The position numbers were made by a program, and so were the translations under genes. The notes under the pieces are model-generated. The model did no database searches, was not told where the DNA came from, and worked only from the letters and a program-made list of their open reading frames with translations. A stretch of 64,000 nucleotides of DNA from Vicugna vicugna (taxonomy: Eukaryota), in NCBI GenBank assembly GCA_013265495.1, contig MU057521.1, positions 1,748,335-1,812,334 of the forward strand. The letters run 5' to 3'. The stretch's first letter is position 1; each line of letters begins with the position of its first letter. This document shows positions 1 through 12,691 of the stretch, one piece after another.

Positions 1-15
1 GGACAGGGAAGGTGC

Positions 16-115
16 CATCTCCATTTTACAGGTTAAGGTTAGACTTAACAGAGACTTAGGTGACTTGCTCAAGGTCATGAATGCAAAATGTTGAGCAGCA
101 AACTGGAACTAGAAC
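16..115 (-). mobile_element. MIR fragment
   Basis: ccattttacag...aggtgacttgctcaaggtca, typical of the MIR core. Confidence 0.55.
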
Positions 116-1236
116 ATTGTCACGCTATCTTTCTACACATAGTAAATGCTCAATGAGTGTTTATAAAATAAATAAAATGCCTGTGTTAACTGAGGAGATT
201 ATTGGAAGGAAGTTTTAACCACATTTTGCCTCTTTAAAAGTTTATCCCAAATAGTTGTATTATCAGTGAGCCTGAAAACTTTTGATATTTGCATCCTGAT
301 AAGACTTGGCAATTTAAAGTGAACAGTGGGAATAACCTTCCTCTCCTTACAGATTTTATTTTGTCTCCTCATAAGACTTGAATTATGCTAGTGTTAGTAC
401 AATGGGGGAGATGATAGTGCCACATGAAGACAACTTAATGTGTAGATCAGGGGAGACATGAAACATCTTTTCAAATCCTGTGGTCTCTTGTATCCAAAGT
501 GAAATTTTTTAAAAATTCTGTGTACATATTCTAATATTCTGTGAACATTTGGAAATAGGCAAATTGTAGGTTTGTGTCCAGTTTTCTAATACAACCTGGA
601 ATAAAAAAAGAGCTGACAAAAAAATCCTCTTGGGGACATTTGAAGAGGCCATATGCCATTCTTGCAGATTGACAAATCCTAGCTCTTGGCTGTCACTCGC
701 CCTTGTGTTTCAGTGACTTTATGATATTGCTATTGCAAATTTAGTTAGCCTCATTTTATTTTATTTTTTCAAAGCGCAGAAAAATCACTACAGAGAACAG
801 TGGGCTTTTTTCTAAGCTCCAGCCTTCATAGTCATGCTCTTCTACCAAGTGCATGATCTCAGCACTTTCTTGGCTTTGTAAAGTGAAGTAGAAGGTTCTT
901 GTTGGTTGGTGGTTTGTTTGCAAAGGAGTTGGGCGTAGCCTAGCTAACTTTAAGGAATTGAGATTTTCAGCTGTTTTTCTCCTCTTGGAAGTGAGATGTG
1001 TTTTTGTTACATTGATTCCTCGTCCTCATTACTACTTACTTATCTTCTTGGCAGCTCATTCGCGGCAACTTCAGTCCATTAGCTAACCAGTTCTCGTGTC
1101 TGAGGTTCTGCCAGTTTTTCCCTGAGTCCTGCTCTGCCCTGAACTTGTTGATCCCTATTGTTGTTCTTTGTTTTATGATTTCTCAGTAAATCCTGGATGC
1201 CAAATTTCAGTATTTTCTGCATTTTACTCTTCATAT

Positions 1237-1375
1237 ACACACACACACACACACACACTATATAAAGACAATATATACACATACTTTTATATGTATAAAA
1301 TATGTTTTTATAAGTATATATTTGTGTGCATATTATATATATATATTTTAATGTGTATATATTTATAGATATATA
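1237..1375. repeat. (AC)11 microsatellite followed by AT-rich (TA)n-like low-complexity DNA
   Basis: Read directly from the sequence. Confidence 0.9.
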
Positions 1376-1458
1376 TTTTTTTTAAATGAAAATACTGAGG
1401 ATTGAAACCCAGACCTGGTGCATGTTAAGCATGTGCTCTACCACTGAGCTGTACCCTC
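1376..1458 (-). mobile_element. tRNA-Ala-derived SINE (camelid Vic-1-like), diverged and short
   Basis: Minus strand reads GAGGGTACAGCTCAGTGGTAGAGCACATGCTTAACATGCACCAGGTCTGGGTTTCAATCCTCAGTA plus an A-rich tail; A/B box remnants. Confidence 0.8.
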
Positions 1459-2045
1459 TTCTCTCAGGCAATATTTTAAAGGTGGAGATAGTTTTGGTAA
1501 TTACTCCCTGAGCCAGCTGAAAATCCAGATATATTTGCATACCTAACTCTGATGCATATGTGGCTCCCATTCATTTTTTTTTCCCCGAGTTCACCCATTA
1601 ATTCTGTCTTTAGGGCTGCTCATCTGCCTGCTCACTCATCTTCTCTCTTCCCTTAAGTATTCAGTGTAGTTGTAATGTGCTTAATGGTTATTCTGGGTTT
1701 TGTTTCTTGTGTTCTTTCAACCAGACCTTGGAAATAAGTGTTTAAGTGAAATTTTTTTTTCCCCTTAAAATGAACTAAGGTAAATCAATATGCATGCTTC
1801 TCTTCTAGCCTTAATGATCTAAATTGTGTTTCAGGAAATATTGTCAAGGGTAAGACCTTATGGAATTGTAGCTAGAAATAGCCAGAGAATCTGAACAGTT
1901 TCAAGGAAGGCCAGACACTGAGATTAAAGAAATCATGGAGAACTGTGATATAGTGAGACTCGTGAGTCACCATATTAGGGTGTGGCTTTTTATTTATAGC
2001 ATTGCGGTTAATTATAGTCTCTACTTGTGTCCTTTTCCTCTCAAG

Positions 2046-2248
2046 ACTGAACACAATTAGGAAGCTAATAGCAGATGAAGTGGACTTTCTTCCTCACGTC
2101 ACTCAGCTTGATCTGCGCGACAATAAGCTTGGTGATCTAGATGCGATGGTTTTCAACAACATTGAGGTTTTACACTGTGAAAGGAATCAACTGGTGACGT
2201 TAAACATCTGTGGCTATTTCCTAAAAGCACTCTATGCCTCTTCTAATG
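2046..2248 (+). CDS. PHLPP1: PHLPP1 coding exon (~exon 7), [31 protein letters not shown]...LYASSN
   Basis: Acceptor ttttcctctcaag|, donor g|gtatgt; 203 nt; LxxLxLxxNxL repeats. Confidence 0.95.
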
Positions 2249-5200
2249 GTATGTAACACAGACCACATCAGAGTTTCTCTTTTGGTTCTAAGAATTTACT
2301 CAGTGCCATCATCTCTGCTACACTTTGATTTTTCTTTCCTCAATTAGTAAAATAAGTGTCAAATTTTGCTAAGATAAAAATCATCAAAGAAGAATGCTGG
2401 TTTGATATTTAAAGGAGTCAAAATGGAAGGTTTTTTAAGTTCCTAACTTGTTTTCTCATATCGGGATGTTTAGATAAGTTACTCCCACTTGTGATTTGGC
2501 TCTTCTGCTTGAAGGGCAGATGAGGGATGGGCAGGGGCTGAACTATTTATTGGGCTACTTTGTTAAGACAGTAAATCTGGAGAGCGAAAGTGAAAAGACG
2601 GTCTGTTATGGACTCCATCCAGGGTCTCAGGTTTCATGCTCCACCAACAAAGAAACTCCACCTTAAGAGAAACATAAATTACATACCCACAGGGACACCA
2701 CAGAGCAAGAATCTTGCTCGTTTAATAAGCTCTCCTTAAAATTTGGAAATTTGAGCATGTGCTTGCTGAAGTGAAGATTTCAATTCCCTGCCATTAGACA
2801 ACAAATGGAAACAACTCTTTACAAGCTGAACAAATGTTTATCAAGCACCTGTTTTATGCATAGTGTAGTGCATGAGTTCTAAAGGATAGGGATTTTTCTT
2901 TTTTTCTTCTTTTTTAATGAGTTTACATTCTCTCACTGGAGAAATAAACCAAACCTCAGATAGCTATAGGTCATTGAAGGGTTGTAGGATTTGGATAGCC
3001 AGGAGGCATAAAGTGAGTGCTGAAGAGGAACGAATCTGAATGTGGTTTGTTCAGCAGACTGGGAGAAGACAGGGAATTCCGAACTCATAGGTGCTGCTGG
3101 GAAGTGGTAAAGAAGTGCTTACGGAATGCAAGGCTTGGAGTCAGACGGCAAAGCTTTGAAGCTCGTACAGTAAGCTGTAGAGAACCAGTGGAGATTCTTA
3201 TGTGGAGGAGGTGTGTGATGGAAGTGATGCTATCAGACTGTTAACATCAGAGTAGTGCAGAGTGCATTGATGGGAGAAGAGTAGAGTAATCCACTCCTGC
3301 ACTAATCCAGGTTATTGCAGTGGTGTCCGTGTGAGCTAGTAGGAGTTTACAGTCAGGACTCCAGATGTTGATGTAAGACGTTTTGCCCAGAGGTGGTACC
3401 CGAAACTGTGACAGTAAGCTAACTGGAAAAGAGAAGAGACATGGTGCCAAAACTAGACTTCTAAAACCCTCACGGTTAGCTGGGGCAACCAGGTAGAGGG
3501 TGAACCTGTGAATTACTTGATAAGTGTTTTGAGAAGCAGAGGGATATTTCGAAACTACTCTATCTGAAAAGCAAAGCCCTAGGTGGACATTGGTGTTTCA
3601 TACTGATATTTCATACAGTTTTGAGGAAGGGCTTTCAGATTTGAGTAGAGGAAGTCATTGGTAACCCTCAGGAGTGGTGTTGCAGTAGAGTGAAAAAGGC
3701 AGGAGCCAGGGTGCACTTGGTTTTATGGAAGCAACCCTGAATGTTAAGAAACCAAAAAACAGTATTCACACAGTTAATCTTCCAGGTAAAATGTAGCACA
3801 CATAGCAAGAGGAGTGCCACAGGAAGTGGATGGGAAAGAGGCAGGAAATTAGAATCAGTGATTTATTTCAGTCTCTGAATAAGGATCTTGTGATTAAATT
3901 AGAAGTTCTCTGTTCTTTCCTGTAGTTTCAATGCTGAACAAACGGATGTATTGTACTTACTAACCTAAACAAACAATGGAGAATAAAGCACAGTAATGAT
4001 ATTCTACATACAAAAAGAGTCTCTGTTTCACTTGAATGGTAATGTTTTTGTTTTTTCTGCCTCCCAGAACTTGTTCAACTTGATGTTTACCCAGTTCCAA
4101 ATTATCTGTCCTACATGGACGTTTCAAGGTAAGAAGCCAAGTCCTAGAGCGCTCTAGGGTCTGCTTGAAAATTATTTAGATAATTCTGTCTGAACTTAGG
4201 CATAAGAACTTTTTATATATCTTGAAGGTAAATAATACAAATTAAATCCGATGCTGTTTACTTACCCTCTGAAAATGTATGTAAATATCCGTCAGTTAAA
4301 ATATGTACTACATTTGTATACTGTACAACACCAGAAGATGCGGACACCAGTTTGATCCAGGTTTGGGCTTGAAAGACTGGTCAGTTGAGGGAACATATGG
4401 CTGGAAAGTCCAGTACTTCTTTAATTTTTTTGGGGGGTAAGGAGGAGGTAATTAGGTTTGTTAGTTTAAATGGAGGTTCTGGGGATTGAACCCATGACCT
4501 CATGCATGCTAGGTATGCACTCTACCACCGAGCTATACCCTCCCCCACTTACTTAATTATATTAACTGTATCTTCATGTCTTTCCCTGAAGTGATGTTAA
4601 TTTCTTTTTTTTTTAATGTTGTGCTACATCTCTTTGATGTTTCCCCCCCTTTTTGTACATATATCTCCTTGCTAAGAACCCTTAAAACTTGGTGACCAAG
4701 GTGGCCAAAGTAGAATTTCCGTACAGCCTGCTCACTCTTAGCGCACTTGCGAATAGGCTGACCATCTCACCTTTTATACCCATTCGCTACTGCAGCGTGT
4801 CATATGTATTCTAGTTCCCACAGAAATTATGATAGACTTTCTCATCTCAACACACTTAAATTGAAACTCAGTTTTAACATAATTCCATTGTCATTGGGTA
4901 TTTCATTTGAAGTTTTACTTATTCTGTCATTATTTTAACTTTTGAACCACATTTTAGGCCAAATTCCAATCAAAGAAAAAATTGTATATTCTTACATTTA
5001 GGAACCGCTTAGAAAACGTGCCTGAGTGGGTATGTGAAAGCCGAAAGCTAGAAGTTTTGGATATTGGTCATAATCAAATATGTGAACTTCCTGCATGGTG
5101 AGTATGACCGATCAAGTTAGAGAATCTCAGATGAGCAATGGAAAAAATTGCTGATTCAGTGTTTAACTTTTTATTATGAACCCCTAAAAGAATTTGTTTT

Positions 5201-8200
5201 AGTATCTTTTACCTCTCGTGGTGTCTTTGGAGTCGCACCCTTTCCTCAGGCAGTAACAAGCTAGTGGAGCTTTGACTCCCAGCCAGATTCACAAAGCCAT
5301 GCGGGGGTGACGCTTGGTGGAAATTTTCAAATAAGACAAATGAAATATTCAGAGATTCAGCAAACAATATGATCGGTTCTCCTCTATTATCTTAATTCTT
5401 TTGGAATCTTTGCCTTCTGTCCATTGTCTTAACATGTCTACCTTACGCACATGTAATTTTTGGTTTTCTTTGAACATAACTTTGGAAGAGAAAAAAGGTT
5501 ATTAGATCAGAAAAGGCAGAAACTGGAAAAAGCAAACTAGATTCTCTTTTTCTTGGGATAGGAGGTCCAAGAACTTCTCTTTCTTTCTCTTCTCTCAATG
5601 TGTTATTATTTTTATTTCATAATCTTCACTTCAATGGCAAAATTTGTAAAATAGCCATGTGATGATGTGTAGTGTCCGTAGACACAAATATCTCCAAGTT
5701 GACTAACTGTGGCATAAAATGTTATTGAGTTATTAGTGACTAGCCATGCAATTGTTAGCCAAAAGAATAATCTATTCCACTGCTGTCCTATAGAATTTTC
5801 TGTGATGGTTGATCCACTAGCCACATGTGACTATTGAGTGAGCACATGAAATGTGGACACTGTGACTGAGGAACTGAATTTTAAATACTATTTAATTTTA
5901 ATTGATTTTAACAGCTACTTGTGCCTAGTGACTGCCACAGCTTAGATCTAGGTGTTTCCACCATTCTCAACCAGTCACTGAACATAGGAAGTCATTTGTT
6001 TTTAACCGTATGTAGTCAAAAACATTGATGAAAATATTATAGAAATATATCACTATTTTGCAGTAAACTTTTACTTTAGGTGCATGATCTTTAAAGTTTT
6101 ACGATCGTATTTCTCTGCTTTGTTGAAAAGGACAAGGATCATGAAATTTACACATTACATTACACATGCTAGGTAAGCTTAGTAAATATGTCAAAGCTCA
6201 GCTGTCCAGTATGGCAGCCATTAGCCAAAGGGCTGTTGGGCACTTAAAATGTCCCTAGTCCTAAATGAGAAGTGCTAAAGTATAAAATACACACTGAATA
6301 TGAAATATCTCAGTAATATCGTATATAAATGACATGCTAAAAATTACAATTTTGTCTATATTGGGCCAAATAAAAAGTACTGTAAGAATTAATTTGCCTG
6401 TCCTTTTTTTTCACTTTTTTAAATATGGCTACTAAAATTTTCTAAATTACATATGTGGCTTGTATGATATTTCTGTTGGATAATAGGGTGTTAGAATATA
6501 GCTCTCACAAAAGAAATCTGAGTTACATTTTCAGTCCCTGGAACGCTCAGTTGATTTTACTTTGTTCCTCAGCCATGTGTTATACCTGCAAATTCAGTCC
6601 ATTTGAAAATGCTTTCAGCTTTAGAGATTGCTGTTCAGTGAGCATTTAGGTGACCCAGTGCAGCCCATCCCCATTTTCAAAAGGACTTCGCTGATGTGCC
6701 CTGTGGATAGCATGGGGGAGTGGGGAGAGACCCTTTTAGAAGACAAAGAGCAAAAATGAAAACAGGCTACTACTAACGGGGAGAATATAATTTTTGAAAA
6801 ATCTTTTTCTTTTCCTCACTCTGATCTCCCTAGTTTAACAGATACAGCATGTTGGAGCTAAAGCGTCTGTTTCACTGGTAATATGTACTTAAATCAACAA
6901 TTAAATAAACGCAAGATAACTGATATTTTATCCAGTTTTCCCCAAAGTTAATTAATCTTTGATTGGCTCTGCATTAGTACAGGCTTTTTTTGAGATCTAA
7001 ACAAATGCTTATTCAAAGCAAATCCAAATGCTCTGTTGTCAAAGAATTTGAACAGTGTTTGTTTTTGTACGTGTGTTTTTAACACATGGGACAAAAACAG
7101 TGTGTGTTGTTTTCTCATTCACAGTGTTGTTTAGTTGTGAGCTGTGTATCAGCCCCATCACGGATCTAATACCCAGGCCAAGACAGTGATTCATTAGAAG
7201 TTAATTTCACATTCAGGCTTTGTTAGTCTAAGTCATGTGTGTAAAGGGTTTGACAAAACAGAAATTAATATTTAGAAGTAGAAATGTATTGAAAGGAAAA
7301 GAAGCTATTTTAATTATTTTCATGCTTAACATGTAAAAGAATTGAACAAATCCAGTCATTAATATTTAATACTCATCCTATAGTTATCAAATCTACTTTC
7401 TTATAGAAAAATGAAGATAAAGATTTTGTTACCTGTCTTTCAGTTATCCATCTATTTAAATGTAAAGCGTGTGAGTGTGTGTGTGTGAGTGTGTGTGTGT
7501 GTGTGTGTGTGCAGAAAAGGAGTAAATAACCCCATTTTACTCTCTGAGAATCCTAAATTGTGCCCCATGCCCAGCAGGAGAGTAAAATTGGTGAACCTGA
7601 ATTACTGGGTTGAAGGAAGCAGTACAGAGACTGCCCCTTGTGGTAATTGTGACTGAATGACAATCCTGGGTGATCTGTCTTACCGCACTGATACCTAAAC
7701 TTGCGAAGTTAGGCATGTCAAGTATCTTTAACGGTGGCCCATGGTGTCACAGTGTTGAGACAGGTTGCTAGCATCTTTGTGAGCAAAGAATCTAGTTTTG
7801 ATACTTACAGTGAATAAAGTTACCACTGTAGTACAGAGTGACAGTAACAACTTTGGACATCAGTGAGTGAGGTCAGAGTGGTGGGAAACAGGAGGTGAGT
7901 GAGGAAGCCTCATTGTTTGACAGCCATGTAAATGAATTCTCATTCCAACATGATCTGGATGCAAATTATAACCTCACTTTCCCGCAGTCCCCAGTATCTG
8001 TGTTTAATGTAGGATTTGCTTTATTCTCTGCAAATGTTGAGGTCTCAAGTGATCATAAGGCAGATTTACATTAGATTAACAAATATTCATCATTTGTTGC
8101 AGTTTTGATAACCCATAGAAGAAACAGAGCCAAGCTTCCAAATAGCTCTTTTAAGGCTCAAAAGAAAATACTGCCTTAAGTACGTTCTGTTCTCTTTATA

Positions 8201-11200
8201 AGAGGCTCTCTACTTTGGTACAGGATTAAACCAAAGAGAAAACAAAAACATACAGACTTAGGGAAGTAAGGAAAGGGAGAAATAATTATTGTGAAATGCA
8301 ACTGAGGAAGAATGAATATTTTCTCAGTTGGCATTTGTAACAGTTTAATTGGATGGAAGACTCCTTATTTAGTGTAGGTAAAAATTGCTCAACTGGATTT
8401 ATTCAGAATCCACTGTGGGTAAAACACCCTGCGTTCCAGGGCGATACAGACCATAAGCCCTGCCCTGAGGAGCCCACAGCCTTTCACAGTTTGCCTTGTG
8501 AGTCTAACAAGACCAGGCTGCTTTCTTCTATGAAACTCGTTCTTCTTCGCTAAGTAGACCTTCTCATTAAATATTCCTTTTCATGGCTTTTCCCACCCTC
8601 CTTTTTTTTTTAAGTATGGAAAGTATTGAAATATAAACAGCTGCGACTTCTAGCTTAAAATGAATTTGCAGTTTCTCTGAATGAATTTAGGTCTCTTGGC
8701 AAGATAATTTTAAGTCTTCTCCCACTCCTGTTTATTTTTAAATCTTCATCCCAAATGCACCCTAAGTAAGTTTCCTTCTGTCTTTGTACCTGTTTACACA
8801 GCTTATTTTGTAACAGTAGTCTCCGGAAACTGCTGGCAGGACACAACCAGCTGACAAGGCTTCCTGAAAGGCTGGAAAGAACGTCAGTGGAGGTGTTGGA
8901 TGTGCAGCACAACCAGCTCCTGGAGCTGCCGCCCAACCTTCTGATGAAGGCCGACAGGTAAGGCCACTTGTTTGTTTTGGTTATTCATCGACTTGTAAAA
9001 GCTTCCAAGTTAGCCTTCTCATCTTACATGACCTGCAACCATCTGCACGGACTTTGGGATCATCAGTCTGTCCCAGATTTATGAAGAAAATGCTATGGCT
9101 AGCCACTTCTCCCAGCATCGTGTAGGGGGTGTCCTATAGACTCTTCCTTGATTTCGATTCCTTAAGTGGGTGGAGTTGCTCATTCGCATGTGCTGTGAGG
9201 GTGTAGGTATAAGCCCAGGATGAGAAGCTTGCTACTTGGTCAAAACTTGCACAGGCTGCTGCAGGCTTAGCTTGATTATCGTAAGATTCTCTGTTCTTGC
9301 TTTCACATATTTATGACTTTGGGTGAAGAGGTAGATTTTCCTCGAGTTTGCTTTCGCTTTTTTGTTTGTTTTGTTCTGTTTTGTTTTATTTTGTTTTTTA
9401 CCAGTTGCTCTTATCTTTACCACGGTTTTGCCTTTGCGTTTAAATAAACTATGTTCTTACTGAACAGAACAGAACTTTTTGAACAGAACTATGTTGTTTT
9501 TTAATAGGACTTTTCTAAATAATTTGTTCAGTAAGTATTTAAAGAAATTGTTTTGATTTAAGGGGGAGGTTGGCTTAAACATTAAGTAAAATCTCTTTTC
9601 CGTGAAGAGTTACCATGTGCAGAACTTTCTTTAAAGAAAGCTTTACATAAAGTAACTGTGAGTGTTAAATTACTTTGGAGCATCTTGCTTGCTTCAGAGC
9701 CCTTGTGCATGATATTAAAATGCTTCATAGCCTACGGCCTGAATCACGTTGATGTCTGCACATGTTTGTTTTTAGTGAGTGACCATAGCTTTAGAGACAA
9801 GCTGAAGGACCTGACTTACACTGTCCCTCATGATAAAGACAGAAGTTTAATGCTGTGCTTCTCTAAGAGAAAGAAATCATGATGGATCTTTTTGCCTTAA
9901 GAAATAAATCTGAGGTATATTTCAGCATGTGTGCTTTTTCATGGGTGAAGTAGCATCTGGGAACTCTCTCTCCTACACTGACTTGGGTACGGGGCCACGT
10001 GTCCCCAGCTCCCAGTGCTTACTGGCGCCATCATACTCATCACACTCTGCATTATTTATAATTTCTCGCTTACTTACCTAGCCCCACTCATAGATTATAA
10101 ACTCTGGGAATCCAGTGACTGTGTCTTAGTTGTAATGCTATCCTCAGCATCTGGCACCATGTCTGGAATAGAGCAAGATGTTTAATAAATCTTTGTTTAA
10201 TGAAAGTTGGAAAATTTAAGGAATTATAAATACTACCTTTGATCTGGGATTTGCATTTTTTCTTCCTCTCCTTTTCCTTTTTGAAACACATCTTTTTATC
10301 AAGATGTAACTTACAGTCAAAAAAAGTGTGCAGATCCTAATAAGCATGCTGTTCAGTGTATACCCCATAACCATCACCCAGATCGAGATAGCATTTCCAG
10401 AACTCCTTTCCTTTTTCTTTTCTTATGTTTTTCTCTTTTTAAAAAACACTTATTCTCTGTCCTTAATGTAAGTTACAGTGAATTCCTACAGGAATAATTA
10501 TTGAGAAATAATGGAATTGTGAGAAAGTGGGATTATCACGTTGTAATTGACTGGTGGTGCTATGTCATTCCCCTGACTAAAGCAATGATGTTTCACGATC
10601 ATTTAAAGAATTGTTCTTGCTTTTTGCATTCATATCCAAGGACAGTGCACAGCCTGTGGGTAGCTCTTCTTGCTGTTACAGATTCTGTAGGATTTGGGTG
10701 CAGTTTTATAATGTGAATCCACTTGTTTTCCTGGGGGGTCGACACAGAACCTGTGGAAACCAATAGGTTGATGGATTTAGGCTTTAGGAGTCTTTGAGTG
10801 AGGTTAAACCACTTCTGCATCCGGCCACGTCTGGTAAGGTCCTGGCTAGCAGAGTAGGTGAGTAGCACTGGAGCTCTCCAGTAGACAACAGTCATTCTTT
10901 ACTCATTTCTGAGGGTTTGATTTTAAAGGGACGCTTGTATGTGTTTTTCATTCTCCGGAGGCACTGAGCAGTCACTGCGTCTCCCTGGTGTCAGGCAGAT
11001 CTGAAAACATGTCCCCGAGGACACTGGTAGCACCGAAGAGGAGAGCATGTTCGCGTTCGGGCGTGCTCAGGCGAGGAGTTGTGTGGGGCAGCTGTGATAG
11101 GATTGTCCCACAGGCGGTTCTGCTGATGCTCGGGGTCAAGACCTGCTGTGTGACTGCTGACTTTGTGACCCTGGCGTGTTTTCCAGTGCTGTCTATTTTG

Positions 11201-12645
11201 TATAGTTCCTAAATGGAATCCATATGTTGGAAAGAGGATGAATTATGAACTGGAATATTTCTAGTCATGCAAGATGGAAACTTTAGGACCTGAATTGAGC
11301 CACTGAAAGAGGGCATTGCTATCGTGCAGAGCAGAATAAGCTGAGCCTACAGTGTGAGCTAAAGGCATTTAGACAGAAGCCCCGTAGTATCTAAATGCGG
11401 GCCTATTCAGAGCCAACTGCATTCTGGAAAATAGGGGTTGTTGTGGGGGAATTAGCCAGCCTCTGTAGGTTTTGGGAGGAGGGAAGGCCATGCTGAATGC
11501 ATTTCTGGCACAGGAGGGTTCTGGAGTAAGGGGTTGGGAGAATTAGAAAGAACAGGTATCCTGCTCTTATTTTAGGAGAGAAAAGCAAATGACCAAAAGA
11601 GGCTAAATGAAGTAAGAAACTTTTCCAAGAAGGCATGTTCCAGTGCCTTTGTTTTCCAGGCAATGCAATAGCCACATCTCCAGCATAGTGTAGCAGCTGA
11701 CCTTATTATTGTCATGACACTGAGTCAGAAAGATTAAGAGGTTCGATTTTCTCAGGCAGATAGGGTTATAAAGAGGGTGGGGTAAAGTCGATGAGATCTT
11801 TTTTGAACAACATTCTTATATTATTTCACTTTTTGGAAGACAAGAAAACCAGTTTTTTTCATTGAAATATAATTGCCTTACGATATTATAATAGTTTAAA
11901 TTGCTCAACCTAGTGCTTCGATATTTTTATAGATTACACACCAAAAAGTTATGATAAAAATACTGACTCTCTTCCTTATGCTATACCAGACTATTTACTG
12001 CTTCTTATAAGGGTTAATACTTTTTCTACTTATCCCCTTTCTAAAACCTAAATAACTGAGGTTTTATCTACTTAAATTTAAAAACAATTTTAATTGAGGC
12101 ATAATTTACATTCAGGAAAATGTAGAGATATTATGTTTCATTAGTTTAGGGGGAAGGCATAAGCTGCTACTGACCATTGTGGGAACAGGTCAACCAAGAA
12201 AACATGAAGTTTGAAATATTAGAAGAGTCTTCGTGACAAGTTTCTTGCAGGTAGTCGCAGCTGTGATTTGTTTTCGTTTACGTAGTTCAGGATGGCCAGT
12301 GTCTTTCTGACCTTCTAAGTTTAAGTCACTGTGCTGGGTGCTGCAGGGGACTGAAAAATGACTGACCCTCAGGATCACCCTCAGGGAGCTTACAGCCTAA
12401 TGCTAGAGTTTAAAATAACTGCACAATAAACTGTAATAAAAGGTGGAGCTGAGAGGGTCAAGGAGAAGGAAAATGATATGGATGGTATTAATTTAGGCTC
12501 CGGGTGTGAAGAACAGCACTTTGTTGTGTAACACAGAGCTGTGTGTTTGGCAAATAACTTCAGGCAGTAATGAAACTTTGCTTCAATTCTCTGTCCGTTC
12601 AGTTTGCACCATAATACAAATCTTAAAAAAATATTTAGGTACTCC

Positions 12646-12691
<46 letters not shown>

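Noticed and set aside
1385..1458. Possible tRNA-Ala genes at ~1385-1458 and ~4470-4546
   Set aside because: Diverged stems and anticodon loops, SINE-type A-rich tails and TSD-like flanks indicate SINE copies rather than functional tRNAs.
1725..1779. 55-nt cryptic exon (ccag|...aag|gtaaat) in the intron before exon 7
   Set aside because: Not a multiple of 3 and includes a poly-T run. No support beyond the splice dinucleotides.
7628..7646. CTCF-like ctgccccttgtgg
   Set aside because: One base short in the core spacing relative to the consensus.
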